A stretch of DNA of 64,000 nucleotides from Lama glama (Eukaryota): contig CM052817.1 in NCBI GenBank assembly GCA_028534125.1, positions 84,074,001-84,138,000 of the forward strand, in the 5' to 3' direction. Shown in pieces: positions 13,780-26,549 of this stretch (the stretch's first letter is position 1; every line of letters starts with the position of its first letter). The position numbers were made by a program, and so were the translations under genes. A model generated the notes under the pieces. It made no database searches. It was given only the letters and a program-made list of their open reading frames with translations, and was not told where the DNA came from.

Positions 13780-14275
13780 TGTATTGTTTTGCTTAGGGCT
13801 TTTTTCACGTATAAGAAACCTTAGATTTCAGAGATTTCAGAGAAATCCAGACAGAAATTGAATTATAGTTGGATCTAAAGGGAAGCTGTCGTGAATCAAG
13901 GCCATTCTTGCCCTCCCTCTCCTCCTCTCTGTGGCCACATAATCAAAATTTTTTTTTTTTTGCATGTTGCCTCCACCCTCTTTTCCCTATTGCCTGGCTC
14001 TCACAACCACAGCTTGTATGTGACGCATAATAGGGACTCCAGAATTGTCTACATCATGGCACCTCCTGGTGTGTCCATTTGGCTTTTGCCCCTACTGCTA
14101 ACTGAAAATTTCCCTAGAGTCTTTTGGTTCAGATTCCTAAGGGAGGAATCTGATTGGCCGACCTCATCTGTTCTACTCGGATCCCGGGTCGTTGATTGCT
14201 GACATGCCCATGGATTGGCTGCCTTTGCATTAGATGTCCTCCTCTGGTTATGCCCATTTAGCAGAAGTGGTGGGA
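13780..14275 (-). mobile_element. Old MLT1 (MaLR) LTR
   Basis: cagattcctaagggaggaatctgattggcc...gattggctgcct, typical of reverse MLT1K/L-type LTRs. Confidence 0.55.
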
Positions 14276-15544
14276 AGAGTAGGAAATGAGAGTAATATTA
14301 AATCTATGTCTGTTACATCTATTATAGAAGGTATTTGTTTTTGCTTTATTTTTGCAATCCCTGATTTTTTCCCAGCTTTATAGAGATATAATTGACCTAA
14401 CCTTAATATTTTATTGTTACCTTTCAGCCCTTATTCATTTTTTTCCAAAATACCCCTGCTTCCAAGTCTCAATAATTGGGTCCCAGGTGATCCAAATTTT
14501 GTGGTAAAGGCACTAGGAAACACTGCAGCTTGTTTTTATGTTCTGATTCACCCTTACTTATGTTGGCTCTGTAGTTACATACGTCATTACTTTATATATT
14601 TTTGAAGGAAGTAGTAGTAAAATGTCACAGTATTTCAAAAGCTCTTCTTTCTGTTAACAGAAGCAAACATGTCCCCAGATTATTCCTGGAATATCTGTAA
14701 TTTAATTTTTAAAATTCTTGAAATAGGATATTCAAGGGTCTGTAAGCAATGTGATTACATGGAAAGTGAAAAGAAGCGACTATGCTCTAGGAAGGACTGC
14801 AGAACTTGGAACTGTGAACCGACCTTAGATGTGCTTACTTTTCCCCATGCTTCCTGGTTTGTTTGAATTTTTTTTTCTCTTTGCTACTAGATTTTGGCAG
14901 GAAGGCTTCTCTTTCTGTTTATCCAAACATCTACTTTACCCACAAACTTTTTTCTTTCACTGTGGCTGATATTGAATATATATCACCCAGCTCAGCATAA
15001 ACTGCAGTGGAGTGGGCAGTCTTTGTATCAACTATGAGCCAGAAATGGAACTGGAACTTAATTAATATCTATGTTATTATTGTAAAACAAATAGCACGCA
15101 TCCAAATCCCCATCACACTGAGTTGGATAGCTGAAACTTCCGTATTGTTCGTGGCTTAACTTACTTCTAAGATTTATATGCCTCTTGAAGAGAAGGTATT
15201 CATCTCTACTTGAAGTTTAACTGTCTGTTTTTGGTATGGGCTTCTGTTGTTTCCAATTCTTATTCTTAATTTTACCCATAAACTGGAAGCCTTCACTTTC
15301 CTAGTGAGATACTAGATTCTTTAGATGTAAACTTGATTGTATTGTGAAGCGTGGGCTCATGTGTCTTTAGACTTTAATTCTACAACCCTTGCAAATTGCC
15401 TTGTATATAAGACTCAGATTGGGTTAAAGAACCTATTCCTCTATGAGTTGACATCAGCTTCTGGTTATTGGCCCTCTTCCTACTCTACATGATACATACT
15501 TTCTCTGGGCAAATATCTCTCCAAAAGTCTACTAGATATCTCCA

Positions 15545-15830
15545 TCCAGTTTAAATGCTTGCTCTGTCTCTTTAACTGTGTAACCTTGGGCAAGTTAGTT
15601 AATTTCTCAGTTTCCTCATCTCTAAAATAACCTTACAGAGTTATTTTGAGGGCTAATAAAGTTAATATATGTGAAGTGCCTAAAATAGTGCCCGAGACCC
15701 CGTATGCACTATTAAGCAAGCCCTATTATTTGCATCCATGTTTGTATTTCTATGCCTAGCACTGTGCCTACCACTTAGCATACCACTTAGTACCTACCAC
15801 GTCCATTAAATAATTATGTATGAAATGAAT
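15545..15830 (+). mobile_element. MIR SINE followed by an L2 3' end
   Basis: ctgtgtaaccttgggcaagttagttaatttctcagtttcctcatctctaaaat, then cctagcactgtgcc...tgaaatgaatg. Confidence 0.8.
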
Positions 15831-18427
15831 GTTGATACCTTGTTACTCAGCCCTAATCATCACCCTCAAATTTACAACATCTCATTAGCCCCAGACATCA
15901 TCGTTTTTATTTAACATCTACTATGTACAAGGCATGGCCTTAGGGCCAATACATGACCAGATACAGGGGACACATAGCCATAGGGAAATAAGACACAGTA
16001 AACAATAACTGTGACTCTAGACAGAAGGAGGTGAAACTGATGATGCGTTTTAGGATGTCACAGAAATGGAAGAACAAAGGTGTGGTGTTTCTCATTTTTG
16101 TCGGCAGGTTACTGAAGAATAGTAGAAATGTTATGTTCTTCATGACTTTGACAAACGTGATTAAAAAAACCAAGGTAAATGGGTATATTTTTAGAAACAT
16201 GAAAAATAATTGCAGCAATGTATTTGACTTTTTAAAAATATCACTGTCAGTGGAAGTGAGAGAGTGACCTAAACTGCTTCTTTGGACCAAAATTGCCATT
16301 TGACTGCTCATCATGCAGCCACTGGCTATATTTTGAATGCCTTCCCTGAGTCTCCAGTTTTCACTTCATGATATTTGTTTCCAATATCACGTTCCATGTT
16401 GATTTAAAAACATTTTTTTATCCATGTTAGATTTTGACTTCTGAGCCTGATGGCCTTTGCACCTTAGAAAAGGATTATAAAAACACATATTAATATTAAG
16501 ATGGTCATCTCCTTTTATAAACAGTGGAAATCTTTTGGAAATATTAAACCACCTTTCACTTTTCCCCATATAAGTCATGTTTCCTTGGAGCTGTCCATTT
16601 CCTTGTTTGTGCCATGAGAATTTTTGTACTGGGAAGGAAAAAATGGAAATTACCTGAAACAACAGAAAAATTAATCTAGTTTGAATCAGAGTTGACATTC
16701 TTGATTTCTTTAGGGAGGTAATCGTCTTGAAGAGCAGACTTTGTGCAGAAAGAAGTTATATTGTTTTACTTTTTTTTCAAATCTATTAGAATTTTTTAAA
16801 TTTAGAAATAATTTTAAAGTTACATAAAAGTTGCAAAAGCAGAACAGAGAGTCCTTGTATTCCCTAAACTTGGTTTCCCCTAATGTTATTATCTTATATA
16901 ATCATAGTAAGAGTATGGAAGCCAGGAAATTAACACTGGAATTAATACTGTCATCTTATCTATAGGTTTCTTTAAAGTTTCACCAGATTTCCAGTAATTT
17001 CTTTTTTCTTGTCCAGGATGCAATCCAGGGTCTTACATTATATTTAGTTGTCATGTCTCCTTAGTCTTCTCCATCTGTGTCATAGCTTCAACCTTTTTTG
17101 TCTTTCATGGCCTCAACACTGTTGAGGAGAGCTGATTAGTTACTTATAGTGTTCTTTAATTTGGAGTGGACTTTTGTTTTTTCATTATTACATTGAGATT
17201 ATTACATTTTTTGGCAAGGTTATCACTCCAGTGACACTGTGCCCATCTTAGCACAAACTGTCAGAGGCCACATGATGTCAATATTATTTATTACTGTTGA
17301 TGTTCGCCATTATCACTTGGTTAAGGTGATGTCTGCCAAGTTCCTCAACTGTGAAGCTGCTATTTTTCCCTTGGCAATCAATAAGTATCTTCTGGGGAGA
17401 GACTATGCAAACATGCTATTTCTTGTCATACTTTTGCCCACTAATTTTAGCATCCACTGATGGTTCCTGCCTGCAACATTTATCACTGTGTGTTTGCCTA
17501 ATGGTGATCTGTTTCCCATAATTTCTTCCAAAGTTATTAATTGAAATCCATTGTAAGAAAGAGCTGTCTCTTCTGTTTATGTTTTCAGTTTTAAATTTAT
17601 ATTAGTATGGGCTCATAGGTCATAATTCAATACCATCATTATTTATTTTGTTGTTGAACTTGAACCAGCTTTGGTCTTTGGGAGCTCCTTCAAGTTGCTT
17701 CTCTGCCCTGAATGATTGTTGAGCATATACTTGGAAGCATAGGTTGTTCCAGACCATTTTATTTATTTCTTATCCTACCCCTGGACTGAACCACTTTTCT
17801 AGGGTTAATTCTGTAGCCCTGATTCCTTTTATTAAAGAATGGTATTTTGAACCAAGATCTGGGCACCAGGCCTGCTTATTGCTACAGGATGTCATTGTTT
17901 CTGGTCCTTTTCAGTCAGCCTATCAGAAATATGTACATTCATATTTATTTCTGCATCTATTCATATGTATACATATTTAAAACCATATGTTCTTACCTTA
18001 CTCAACACCACAAATTTCATTCTAGCCTTTCTCTTCTTATTTGTAGCTTTTTTGGTCGTTGACACTGACAAACCTAGCTTTTATTATCCACAATATATTT
18101 ACTTAATTTTTTGATCCTAGTATACACATCAAGTAGGTCAGGATATCAACCCATACTAACATAGAGTATAGAATTTTTTGTACTTTTTTTATCCTTACAG
18201 TATCTAGTCAAAATATTATTTTCCAAAGATACTTAGGTTAGTTTTTTTCTTTGCCACTCACTTTGCTTTGGTTCTGTTAGTATTTGTAATACAATTAGGT
18301 TCATTTGTTACTATTTGTATTCCATTTGAGGTTCTCATCATATTCTGTTGATTTTAATTATTTTTATATGTGAAAGATTACCATGTGTATTAATCAGTGT
18401 TCTCCAGAGAAACAGAACCAATAGACC

Positions 18428-18441
18428 ATATACATACATAC

Positions 18442-18504
<63 letters not shown>
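18428..18504. repeat. Compound (TACA)/(TA)n(TG)n(TA)n microsatellite
   Basis: Directly visible inside the MLT2 LTR. Confidence 0.95.
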
Positions 18505-18846
18505 ATAAAAGTATAAAATGGGAATTGGCTTATACAATTATGTAGGCTGAGAAGTCCCATGAAATGTTGTCTGCAGGCTGGGAATCCAGGAATGCCAGTG
18601 ATATAATTCAGTCGCTGTCCAAAGGCTCGAGAACCAGAGGAATTGATGGTTTAAGTCCCAGTTCGAAGGCAGAAGAAGATAAGATGAGATGTTCCAGCTC
18701 AGTATTGAAATAGGAAAAAAGGGTGAATTTCTCTTTCCTATGCCCTTTTGCTCTATTCAGGGCCTCACTGAATTGGATAATGCCCACTCACATTGGGGCA
18801 CTGATTTACTGAGTGCACTGATTCAAATATTAATGTCATCTGGAAC

Positions 18847-18999
18847 GGGGAAGGTATACTCAGTGGTAGAGTGCATGCTTAGCAAGCACGAGGTCCTGGG
18901 TTCAGTCCCCAGGACCTCCATTAAATAGCTACATGAATGAACCTAATTACCCCCCACCCCAAAAAAGGCGCAAAACACCAAAGTTAATTGCAAAACCTC
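18847..18999 (+). mobile_element. tRNA-Ala-derived SINE, Vic-1-like (camelid)
   Basis: ggggaaggtatactcagtggtagagtgcatgcttagcaagcacgaggtcctgggttcagtccccagg has Pol III A/B boxes. 14-bp TSD aatgtcatctggaa at 18832-18845 and 19000-19013. Confidence 0.9.
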
Positions 19000-20739
19000 A
19001 ATGTCATCTGGAAACATCCTCATCCAGAAATAATAATGTTTAATCTAGGTGCCCTATGGCCAGTCAAGTTGACACACAGAATTAACCATCATGCCATGGT
19101 TCTAAGAATCAGAACTATGCAAAAATATATACTCAGGGAAGTATGGCTTCCTCACTTATCCTCCTTCCTGTTCTCCCATTCTTTCCACTCTGTTCTCACC
19201 TGCCCCTGCTAAGTAACCAATCTCAATTAGCTTCTGATTAATCTTCCTATATTTCTTTTACATTTGCACAAATAAGCTGGTGTGCTTTTTCTCATATTTC
19301 TTCTTTTTTATATGGAGCAGCACAGTAGATACTCTTTTTCACTTTGCTTTAAAAAAAAAAATTTACCAGTATGTCCTGGAAATCACAGAGCTCTTCCACA
19401 TTAATTTTTTTTTACTGCTGCATCATGCTTCATTAAGTGAATGTACCATAGTTTATTCAGCTGTTCCCCTGTATATGGGAATTTCAGTTGTTTCCAAGTT
19501 TTTGCAATTTCAAACAATGCTGCAAGGACTAATTGTGGCATACATTTTTTTATGAGTGTTGTTGGAGGTGTATCTGCAGGATAGATTCCAGTAAGTGAGA
19601 ATACTGAATTAAAAGATAAGTGCATACATAGTTTTGTTAGGTATTGCCAAGCTTTCCTCCAGAAGGCTGTACCAGTTTGCATTACCATCAGCATTATGTG
19701 AAAATGCCTTTTTCCTATAAGCTTACCAACAGATTATGTCCTTGTGCTTTTTTATTTTTCCTAATCTAAGAGGTACAACATGGTATCATAGTATTATCTT
19801 AATATTATTTCTCTACTTATGAGTGAATTTAAAGATTTTCATATCCATTTTTGTGAAATCTTTATTCATGTCTCTTCCCCTTTTTCGTATGGGGTTTTGG
19901 TCCCTCAGGGTTATTAGCATTTTGTTGTATATGCTGCAGATATTTTCTCTCAATTTGTCAGTGCCTTTTGATTGCATTTCAGTGCCACACTTTATTTGCC
20001 ATACAATTTAAAACATTTTTATGTAGTCAAAATTTTCAATCTTTTATTGTTTCTGGATTTTGAGTCATAGTTAGAAAGTCTTTCCCATACTAAGGGCTGA
20101 AGAGGAAGTTCCCCTGCTTTCTTTCAGGTGGTTTCATTTTTTTTTTCCATTTAGATTTCTGGTCCATTTGGATTTTTTTTGTGTGTATGGTGTAAGTTAT
20201 AGATCTAATTTATCTTTTTCCCAATAATGTCCAGTTGTTTGAGCACCATTTATTATAAAGTCCATCTTTGTATCAACGATTTGAGATGCCACCTTAATAA
20301 CGTATAAAAATTCCATATGAACTTGTGTCTACTTCTGAGCTTTCTGTTCTAGTCCACTGATCTATTTGTCTATTGCTAGCGTCACACTATTTTAATCATA
20401 AAGGATTCATATTGTGTTTAATGTGGTAGGGCTCCTCTCTTCTCACCTCCATTGGTTTTCTATTTTTTTGTGTTTTTGTGACTATTGTTTCATGTTTTGT
20501 TTTGTTTTTAATATGAACTTCAATATCAATTTGTCTAACTTCATGAAGACATTTGTTGATATTATCATCAAGATTGCTTTAAATATAATTTAACTTAGGA
20601 GGAACTGACATGTTCACAACATTGAGTTGTCCTATCCAAGAACAGATGTCTTTCCATTTATCCAAGTCTACTCTTGTGTCTTTCAGAAATGTTTCTTGTC
20701 TATTCTTGACATTTTATTCTTTTATATGCATTAGATTAT

Positions 20740-22760
20740 ACTATCAAGTTCTATTAAAAACTTCATTTATTGGAATTGTATTCAATTGGTAGAGTAATTT
20801 GAGGATAACTGAGATATTTATGATTTTGAATGTTCCAGTTCATGAATAAATAATTATAAAGCTCCATTTATTTACTTTTTCTGTCAGTCTGTCAATACAT
20901 TTTTATAATTTTTTTCTTCATGAAGTCTTACACATCTATTGTTATGTTTATTCCTAGGTCTTTATAAATTGTTTTTCTTTTTGTTTTTGCTATTGTAAAT
21001 GGAATCTATTTTAAAATTACATTGTCTAGCTTTTTGTGGCTGATGTATAAGCATTCTATTTTTATGTATATGTTGATATTTTAATCCACTAGCCTTGCTG
21101 AACTCCCTTACATAATCTACAAATAATTATAGTTCTGTTTCTTCCTTCCCAATCCTTTACTCCTCTTATTTCTTATCTTATTGTGTTGTTTATATCCTCT
21201 AGGATAAAATTAACTAGAAGTGATGATAATGGAAGTTCTTCTTTTGTTTGGAATTTAAATGAGTGTTTCTGAATTTCATCATTAAGTATAATATTTGCTG
21301 TATATTTTTAGTAAGTACTTTTTATCAGGTTAAGTTCACTTTTGTTTTTTGTTAGCTATCAGTTTAATCATTAAAAGATGATTGAATTCTATAAAATATT
21401 TTTTCTGTATGTATTGAATTATATGTATATTTTTCTCTTAATATATAATTGTAAGATTTTAAAAATTAATAAAATATTACTATATATCCATATATATTTA
21501 AATGCATTGATGAAATCCATCTGGTAATATTTTGTTTGGAATTTTTGGGGTTTTGCTCAGAAATGAGATTGATTTTTCAGTTTTATATCTGTTTGGGGAT
21601 CAAGGTATAGCTGCCTCATGAAATAAATATATTTGTGTGTAGATTCCTTTCTCTTCTTTTTCTATTTTCTGGATGATTTTGGAATTGTCTATTCCTTGAA
21701 AGCATGGTAGAACTTCCCTAAGGCCCATGTTTTAAAATTTTGTTCTGGGTACATTTTAATTATTGGTTCAATTTCTCCAGTTGTTCAAGGGTTTTTTTTT
21801 TTTTCTTTTTGAGTTAGTTTTGGTTCTACAGCTGTTTCAAAGAGACTGTCCTTTGCACTTATTTTCTAGTTTCTAAATACTTTGTAATATAATTATTCAA
21901 AGCATTCTTTTATGATTATCAGGTATCAACTATATTTATAACTGCATCTCCTTTTGTTCATCACATCATTTATTCTTACTCTTTTTTATTGAAAGTCTTG
22001 TTAAAAGTTTGTTTTCAAATGAGTTTTGTGCTTTGGGTTTTGTGATTCTTTCTGTTGTTTCATTGCTTTTAGTTCATTAATTTTTCAGTCTTTATCATTT
22101 TCTTTCCTCTATTCAGTTGTAACTCAAATCTTGCCCTGCTTTAGCCTCCCTCCATGGAATTTTGGATGTGGTCTAAAAAGGGGTCATAATAGTTGTTCAA
22201 GGGAGTAGAACATTAGTATACTTTCATCAGTTCAGTTTTTAGCTTTTAGAAATCACAGCATAAAGTTTAGTCAATTATACAGGTGCATGATTATCTGTGA
22301 GCAGTAACCTTTCTTGGTCTTTAAAAAAAGTAGTTTACCTTCACTTCTAGATGAGAGTTTAGCTGGGCATTGAATTCTATGTTCATGATTATTTTTGCAT
22401 AGAACTTTGAGATCTCTTTGTCTTTGAATTGCTGAAGTTTTATTATGTTGTGGCTAGCTTTGGGTCCGTTAATTTATTCTTCTCAGAACTTACTGAACTT
22501 CAAGATTTAAGTCCCTTGGTCATTTATGGAAAAAAATTCAGCCATTATCTTAAAAAATTTTTTTGTGTCCTATGTTCCATTTTTGGAATTAAATATATGT
22601 TAGACCTCCTTATTCCATCTTCCATGTCTCTTAATCTTTTATATTTTCCAAACTGTTATGTCTTGTGCCTTTTGTATAATTTCCTCAAATCTGTTTTCCA
22701 GTTTATGAATTCTCTTGCTATATCAAATTGCTGTTTAACCCATTCATTTACATGTTCAAT
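20740..22760 (-). mobile_element. Degenerate old L1 (L1ME-like) internal fragments
   Basis: Reverse-strand L1 ORF2-like text (gctattgtaaatggaat, tttatcaggttaag, gtagaacttccc, gtttagctgggcattgaattcta). Confidence 0.7.
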
Positions 22761-22789
22761 TTCCTTGATATCTCCCTACACTAATGGGT

Positions 22790-23165
22790 GGATTTTTTAC
22801 TTAGACTTCCCCTTCACGTAGGGTACAGTCCTTTAAGTGTTGCAACTTTTATGCAGTGTTTCCAGTTCCAATTCTCTGCTCACATGGGCCAGTGCTCACC
22901 TAAAATCCCCACATGAGCATGAAATTCCTAGCACTTAGGTGAATAGGTCAATAATAAACTCTCTGTCACTATAGGGCAGCTACATCATGAGCAGACACTT
23001 TGAAACTTTGTTCTGTTTTCAATTACCTCTTTGTTTCTGGTGCCTAAAGATTTTTCTTTCTTGAGAGCTTAGCTATGAATTTAAAACATTTAAAATTTAT
23101 ATTTTATCCAGCATTTCTGTGTTTTTATGGTGAGATTTATCTTAGTCTGCATTTTGCTAAAACAG
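22790..23165 (-). mobile_element. HAL1/old L1-like fragment
   Basis: Degenerate resemblance only (attttatccagcatttctgtgt...agtctgcattttgct). Confidence 0.35.
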
Positions 23166-23913
23166 AAAGTCTTGAGTAATACTTAATAATGAGGGGGAAA
23201 AAGCCTCTCCATTTTGTTTTAAGAAGAGAACGCCAATCTGTGTTGATCTGGGACCAGGACAAATTACTCAAACAGCACAAGCCAGAAGGTTGGCTGTGTC
23301 TGTGTTTTGAAGTATGATGACCCATAGGTCCCAAATCCACCCTACATCCACATCTTGATGGCCACATAATCTGCCCTCAGAGAGCAAGAGCAATTACAAC
23401 GGGTTTGCTGTAAGTCCTTGTGAAGTAACTCATCATAGTGAGTATCAGAATTTCGAGTTCTAGTCATGGCTCTACCACTGACTCAGAACTTATTATTGGT
23501 CAGGATGACCAGGACCTAATTATTTATTCAGTAATTTATAATCTTAATTAATTAGATTTTATTAATACAACAAGAAAAAAATTGTCAAGCACCTACTAAG
23601 CCAAATCCTGGAGATATGGAATAGAAGCAGATGAAAGCTGCAGCTAAGGAACTTACAGTTCAGGAGGAGGAGACTGGCTTGGAAGCACTTATCGTATCAT
23701 AGCAGTTTGGAAGGACTATTGTCAAAGTCCAAAGGACAGAGCGGCCAGTTGAATCTTAACGATGGGAGTGATAATCAAAAATGTTTCGAGAGTAAGAAAT
23801 GAGAGAATTGGAGGCCTATGACCTTGCAATCAGAGATTTTTAGAAGAATATTTAAGGAGAGTAAGCTCCTTAATGAGTGTCCTCAATGCCTTTGGTGGAA
23901 TGGATACAAACGT

Positions 23914-23990
23914 ACAGACTTTTTGTATCCTTTCCTGGGTATCAGGAGACAGACTCATGTATCCTTTCGTAGGTATCAGGAGAGAGACCT
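23914..23990. repeat. Local tandem duplication, ~34-35 bp unit x2
   Basis: acagactttttgtatcctttcctgggtatcaggag / acagactcatgtatcctttcgtaggtatcaggag. Confidence 0.9.
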
Positions 23991-24741
23991 GCAAAATGTT
24001 TGAGACTGCTAAAGAGCTGCCCTATAGGACCCATGGGGTCTTGCCCTTCTCTAACCATTCAATAAATAGCACTCAGTGGAAATTCTGGCTGAGGATACTT
24101 GTTTTCCAAACAACAGCTCTGAGCCAACCTACTTAAGTAGTTCCATATGTTTCTATGGAGAGTTTATGGATGGTGGCCTTTGGAATTCTTTTGTTTATCA
24201 CTGGGAATCCAAGTCCTGAAAGCTGCTAACCAACCATGAGGTTTGCTGGTTATACAAGCTGTTGGACCTCTTAAGGACTTTGACATAAAGACCACTTTCC
24301 GTGGAGTAAGAATTAGTGGTTTAAAAAGAGTGCACTTAACAGTATCATGTAAGTATCAGTTTCTGTATGCCATTACTGGCCAGGCTTTTCTTTTTTTCTT
24401 TTTAAACTGGTTTGTGGTGCCTTGTGTGTGCATTTAAGTCTCTTAAAGGGAAATCTGAGCAAAGCCTTCAAAGACATATAATCAGAGAGGTATTTGTTTG
24501 TTTGTTAATGAATGACTATCTCCAGTAGACCTAAAACCCAGACAGAAAGGTGGGTTCTTCCCTACCTAGGGTCCCAAGGCACAGCTGCTGAAGACACTGA
24601 GGACCCATCCTGTCTTCCCACCCCCACCAGGACCCAGCTTGCAGTGATGTTCTTCTATCCTTTACCCACCTAATGCCAAACACGTGGGGGTTCTATCCTG
24701 TTTCCAGGAAAGAGGTGTCCATGGATTGCCCCATCAGCCTT

Positions 24742-25012
24742 AATAATAGCTGCTATTTACTGAGCTCTTTGTGCCAAGCACTGTACTCTTTTTATGCTTT
24801 ATCTCCTTTAATCCTCACAATAGCCCAGTGAGATGGGTGCTATAATTATTCCTCATTTTACAGATAAGGAACTCGAAGCTCAGGGAGTCTGAGCAATTTG
24901 CTTAAAGTTACTTAATAGCTACATTAGCCTCCTACTTAGAATTCCACTATGATTGGCACAGATGGGACCTGAATTCAGGATGCCTGACTCAAAGCTTTTA
25001 TCCACTATACTA
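24742..25012 (-). mobile_element. MIR SINE
   Basis: atttactgagctc...tttaatcctcacaatagcccagtgag...cattttacagataaggaactcgaagctcag. Confidence 0.9.
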
Positions 25013-25313
25013 TATACCCTCCCATCCTCTTCGGAAAGTACTTTTAGCTTGATCTCTAAGCCTCCCTTCCAGCTCGGAAATGTTATGGTTCTTCTCTAAT
25101 GTCAGTCGTGTTGCTATCCGTGCTGTTTTCATATGAAACAATGCAAAAAAGAGGCTGGTCATCTCCCTTTACAGAACAGTCCTTCACACGTTTGAAAACC
25201 ATCCGTGGCTCATTATAGAAGCTTATGCACAGAGTGAATTGACATGGCTGGTGCTGGAGGGTAACACCCTAGAAAGACATCTCTGCCTGGCACATATTTC
25301 TTAGGGCTGACAA

Positions 25314-25371
25314 GTGAGTCAGCAGAAGTGAACAGACAATACCATGTTTGGTTTTAACATGATGAGTCAGC
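25314..25371 (+). promoter_or_regulatory. Paired AP-1/ARE-like motifs (candidate enhancer)
   Basis: GTGAGTCAGCA at 25314-25324 and ATGAGTCAGC at 25362-25371, in non-repetitive sequence. Confidence 0.4.
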
Positions 25372-26549
25372 CCTGAAATCTGGCCAGCTTTAGTGTAGCC
25401 CCCTGAAGTTTTAACAGAATATTAATTGCCCTGTCACTTCCCGTTCCACACAGCTGGGTGGGATTGCTACCAGCCTCACTGTTGAGAAGTTACACATTTC
25501 AGCCCAGCCCAGAAAGGTTTCCTGTGGTGGGTGAAATGACAACATGCACAAAGGTCAAACTCCAGATGTGGGAATCTGACTTTTTCTCCTCTTGGGGAAA
25601 ACATTGCCTCATTACTGCCTCAGAAGACATTCAGTACAGGTTTAAGGCCAAAGTCTACTGAAAGATCCAAGTTCCTCCAACCTGGAGGATGCTTGTCTAT
25701 TTCATGTAAATTTATCTAAGTCTTTGAGACCACCTATTAGATTCTTGAGCCCAAGGAACCAGAGGAAAGGGGAGGGTATTTAGGGATTTCTGAACGAGGG
25801 GACCTGAACCAAGAAGTTGTGGCTTACTTCTTGAAGTTGGAAGTCAGTTCAAGAGGAAGAATGGGTTATTTCTGGACTAATAACTTGATTGGATAGAAAT
25901 GCCAGGAGGTGGTGAATGAGTACACAGCAGTATGGTGGGGAGTTTACCATTCATTCGTTCATTCATCTATTTATTTCATGGGAATTCTTATCAGGTTTGC
26001 ATAAATCATTCATATTATTCCAAGAGAGGAAAAGAACCCTAACTTCTTAATTTTTCTTTGTTAAGTAAAATAATGTTTCTCCCAAGTTTCCACCAGTGGA
26101 TCCCAAGGTGGGAGTTAAATTTTAGTCCAATTTGGTCAACTTACTCCAATATAATGAATCTAGGTAATACTTAGTTTCCATTTATCTAACATGTTTCTTC
26201 TCCCTACTTCTGCTCCTATGCAAATTGACCTCAGAGTATACAGATGGCAATGAGTGGAATCCCTAGCTCATAGGATTTGTGGCACTGCCAGCAGGATAAG
26301 GGGCCTTTTGAATCCTCACTGGTCACTGTGGCAGAGAGGTTGATGTGATTTGCTCCCTGGACTGGGAACCACCAAAGTATGTGATGTTCTTTGATGTACT
26401 GGCATTCATCTTTGGAGCCCTGTTCACAAAGTCCATGCCTGTGGTGGTGACTAGGAGGGGCTGCTTTTGTTCTGACCCTGAGCCCCTGCTGCTTTACCAG
26501 CACTCTCTGCTGTGGGAACAGAAAAAGGAATTAGCTTTTGGAGGAGTAA

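Larger units (their letters stand above)
18386..19093 (-). mobile_element. MLT2 (ERVL) solo LTR with 5-bp TSD CCATG
   Basis: Begins tgtattaatcagtgttctccagagaaacagaacc, ends gtcaagttgacacacagaattaaccatca. CCATG at 18381-18385 and 19094-19098. Confidence 0.9.
16775..20700 (-). mobile_element. Old L1 (L1MC-like) 3'UTR + ORF2 3' part, interrupted by MLT2 LTR
   Basis: L1MC-type 3'UTR (aaagttgcaaaagcagaacagagagtcc...). ORF 19401-19694(-) encodes AALFEIAKTWKQLK...KLWYIH (L1 ORF2p C-terminus). Confidence 0.85.

Noticed and set aside
14716..14866. Cys-rich ORF segment as a coding exon
   Set aside because: Weak acceptor, no clear donor, no recognisable domain.
18847..18920. tRNA-Ala gene
   Set aside because: Has mismatches in the stems, a non-tRNA 3' body and a 14-bp TSD, so it is a SINE.
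23914..23990. CRISPR-like direct repeats
   Set aside because: Only two abutting copies with no spacers, in mammalian DNA.
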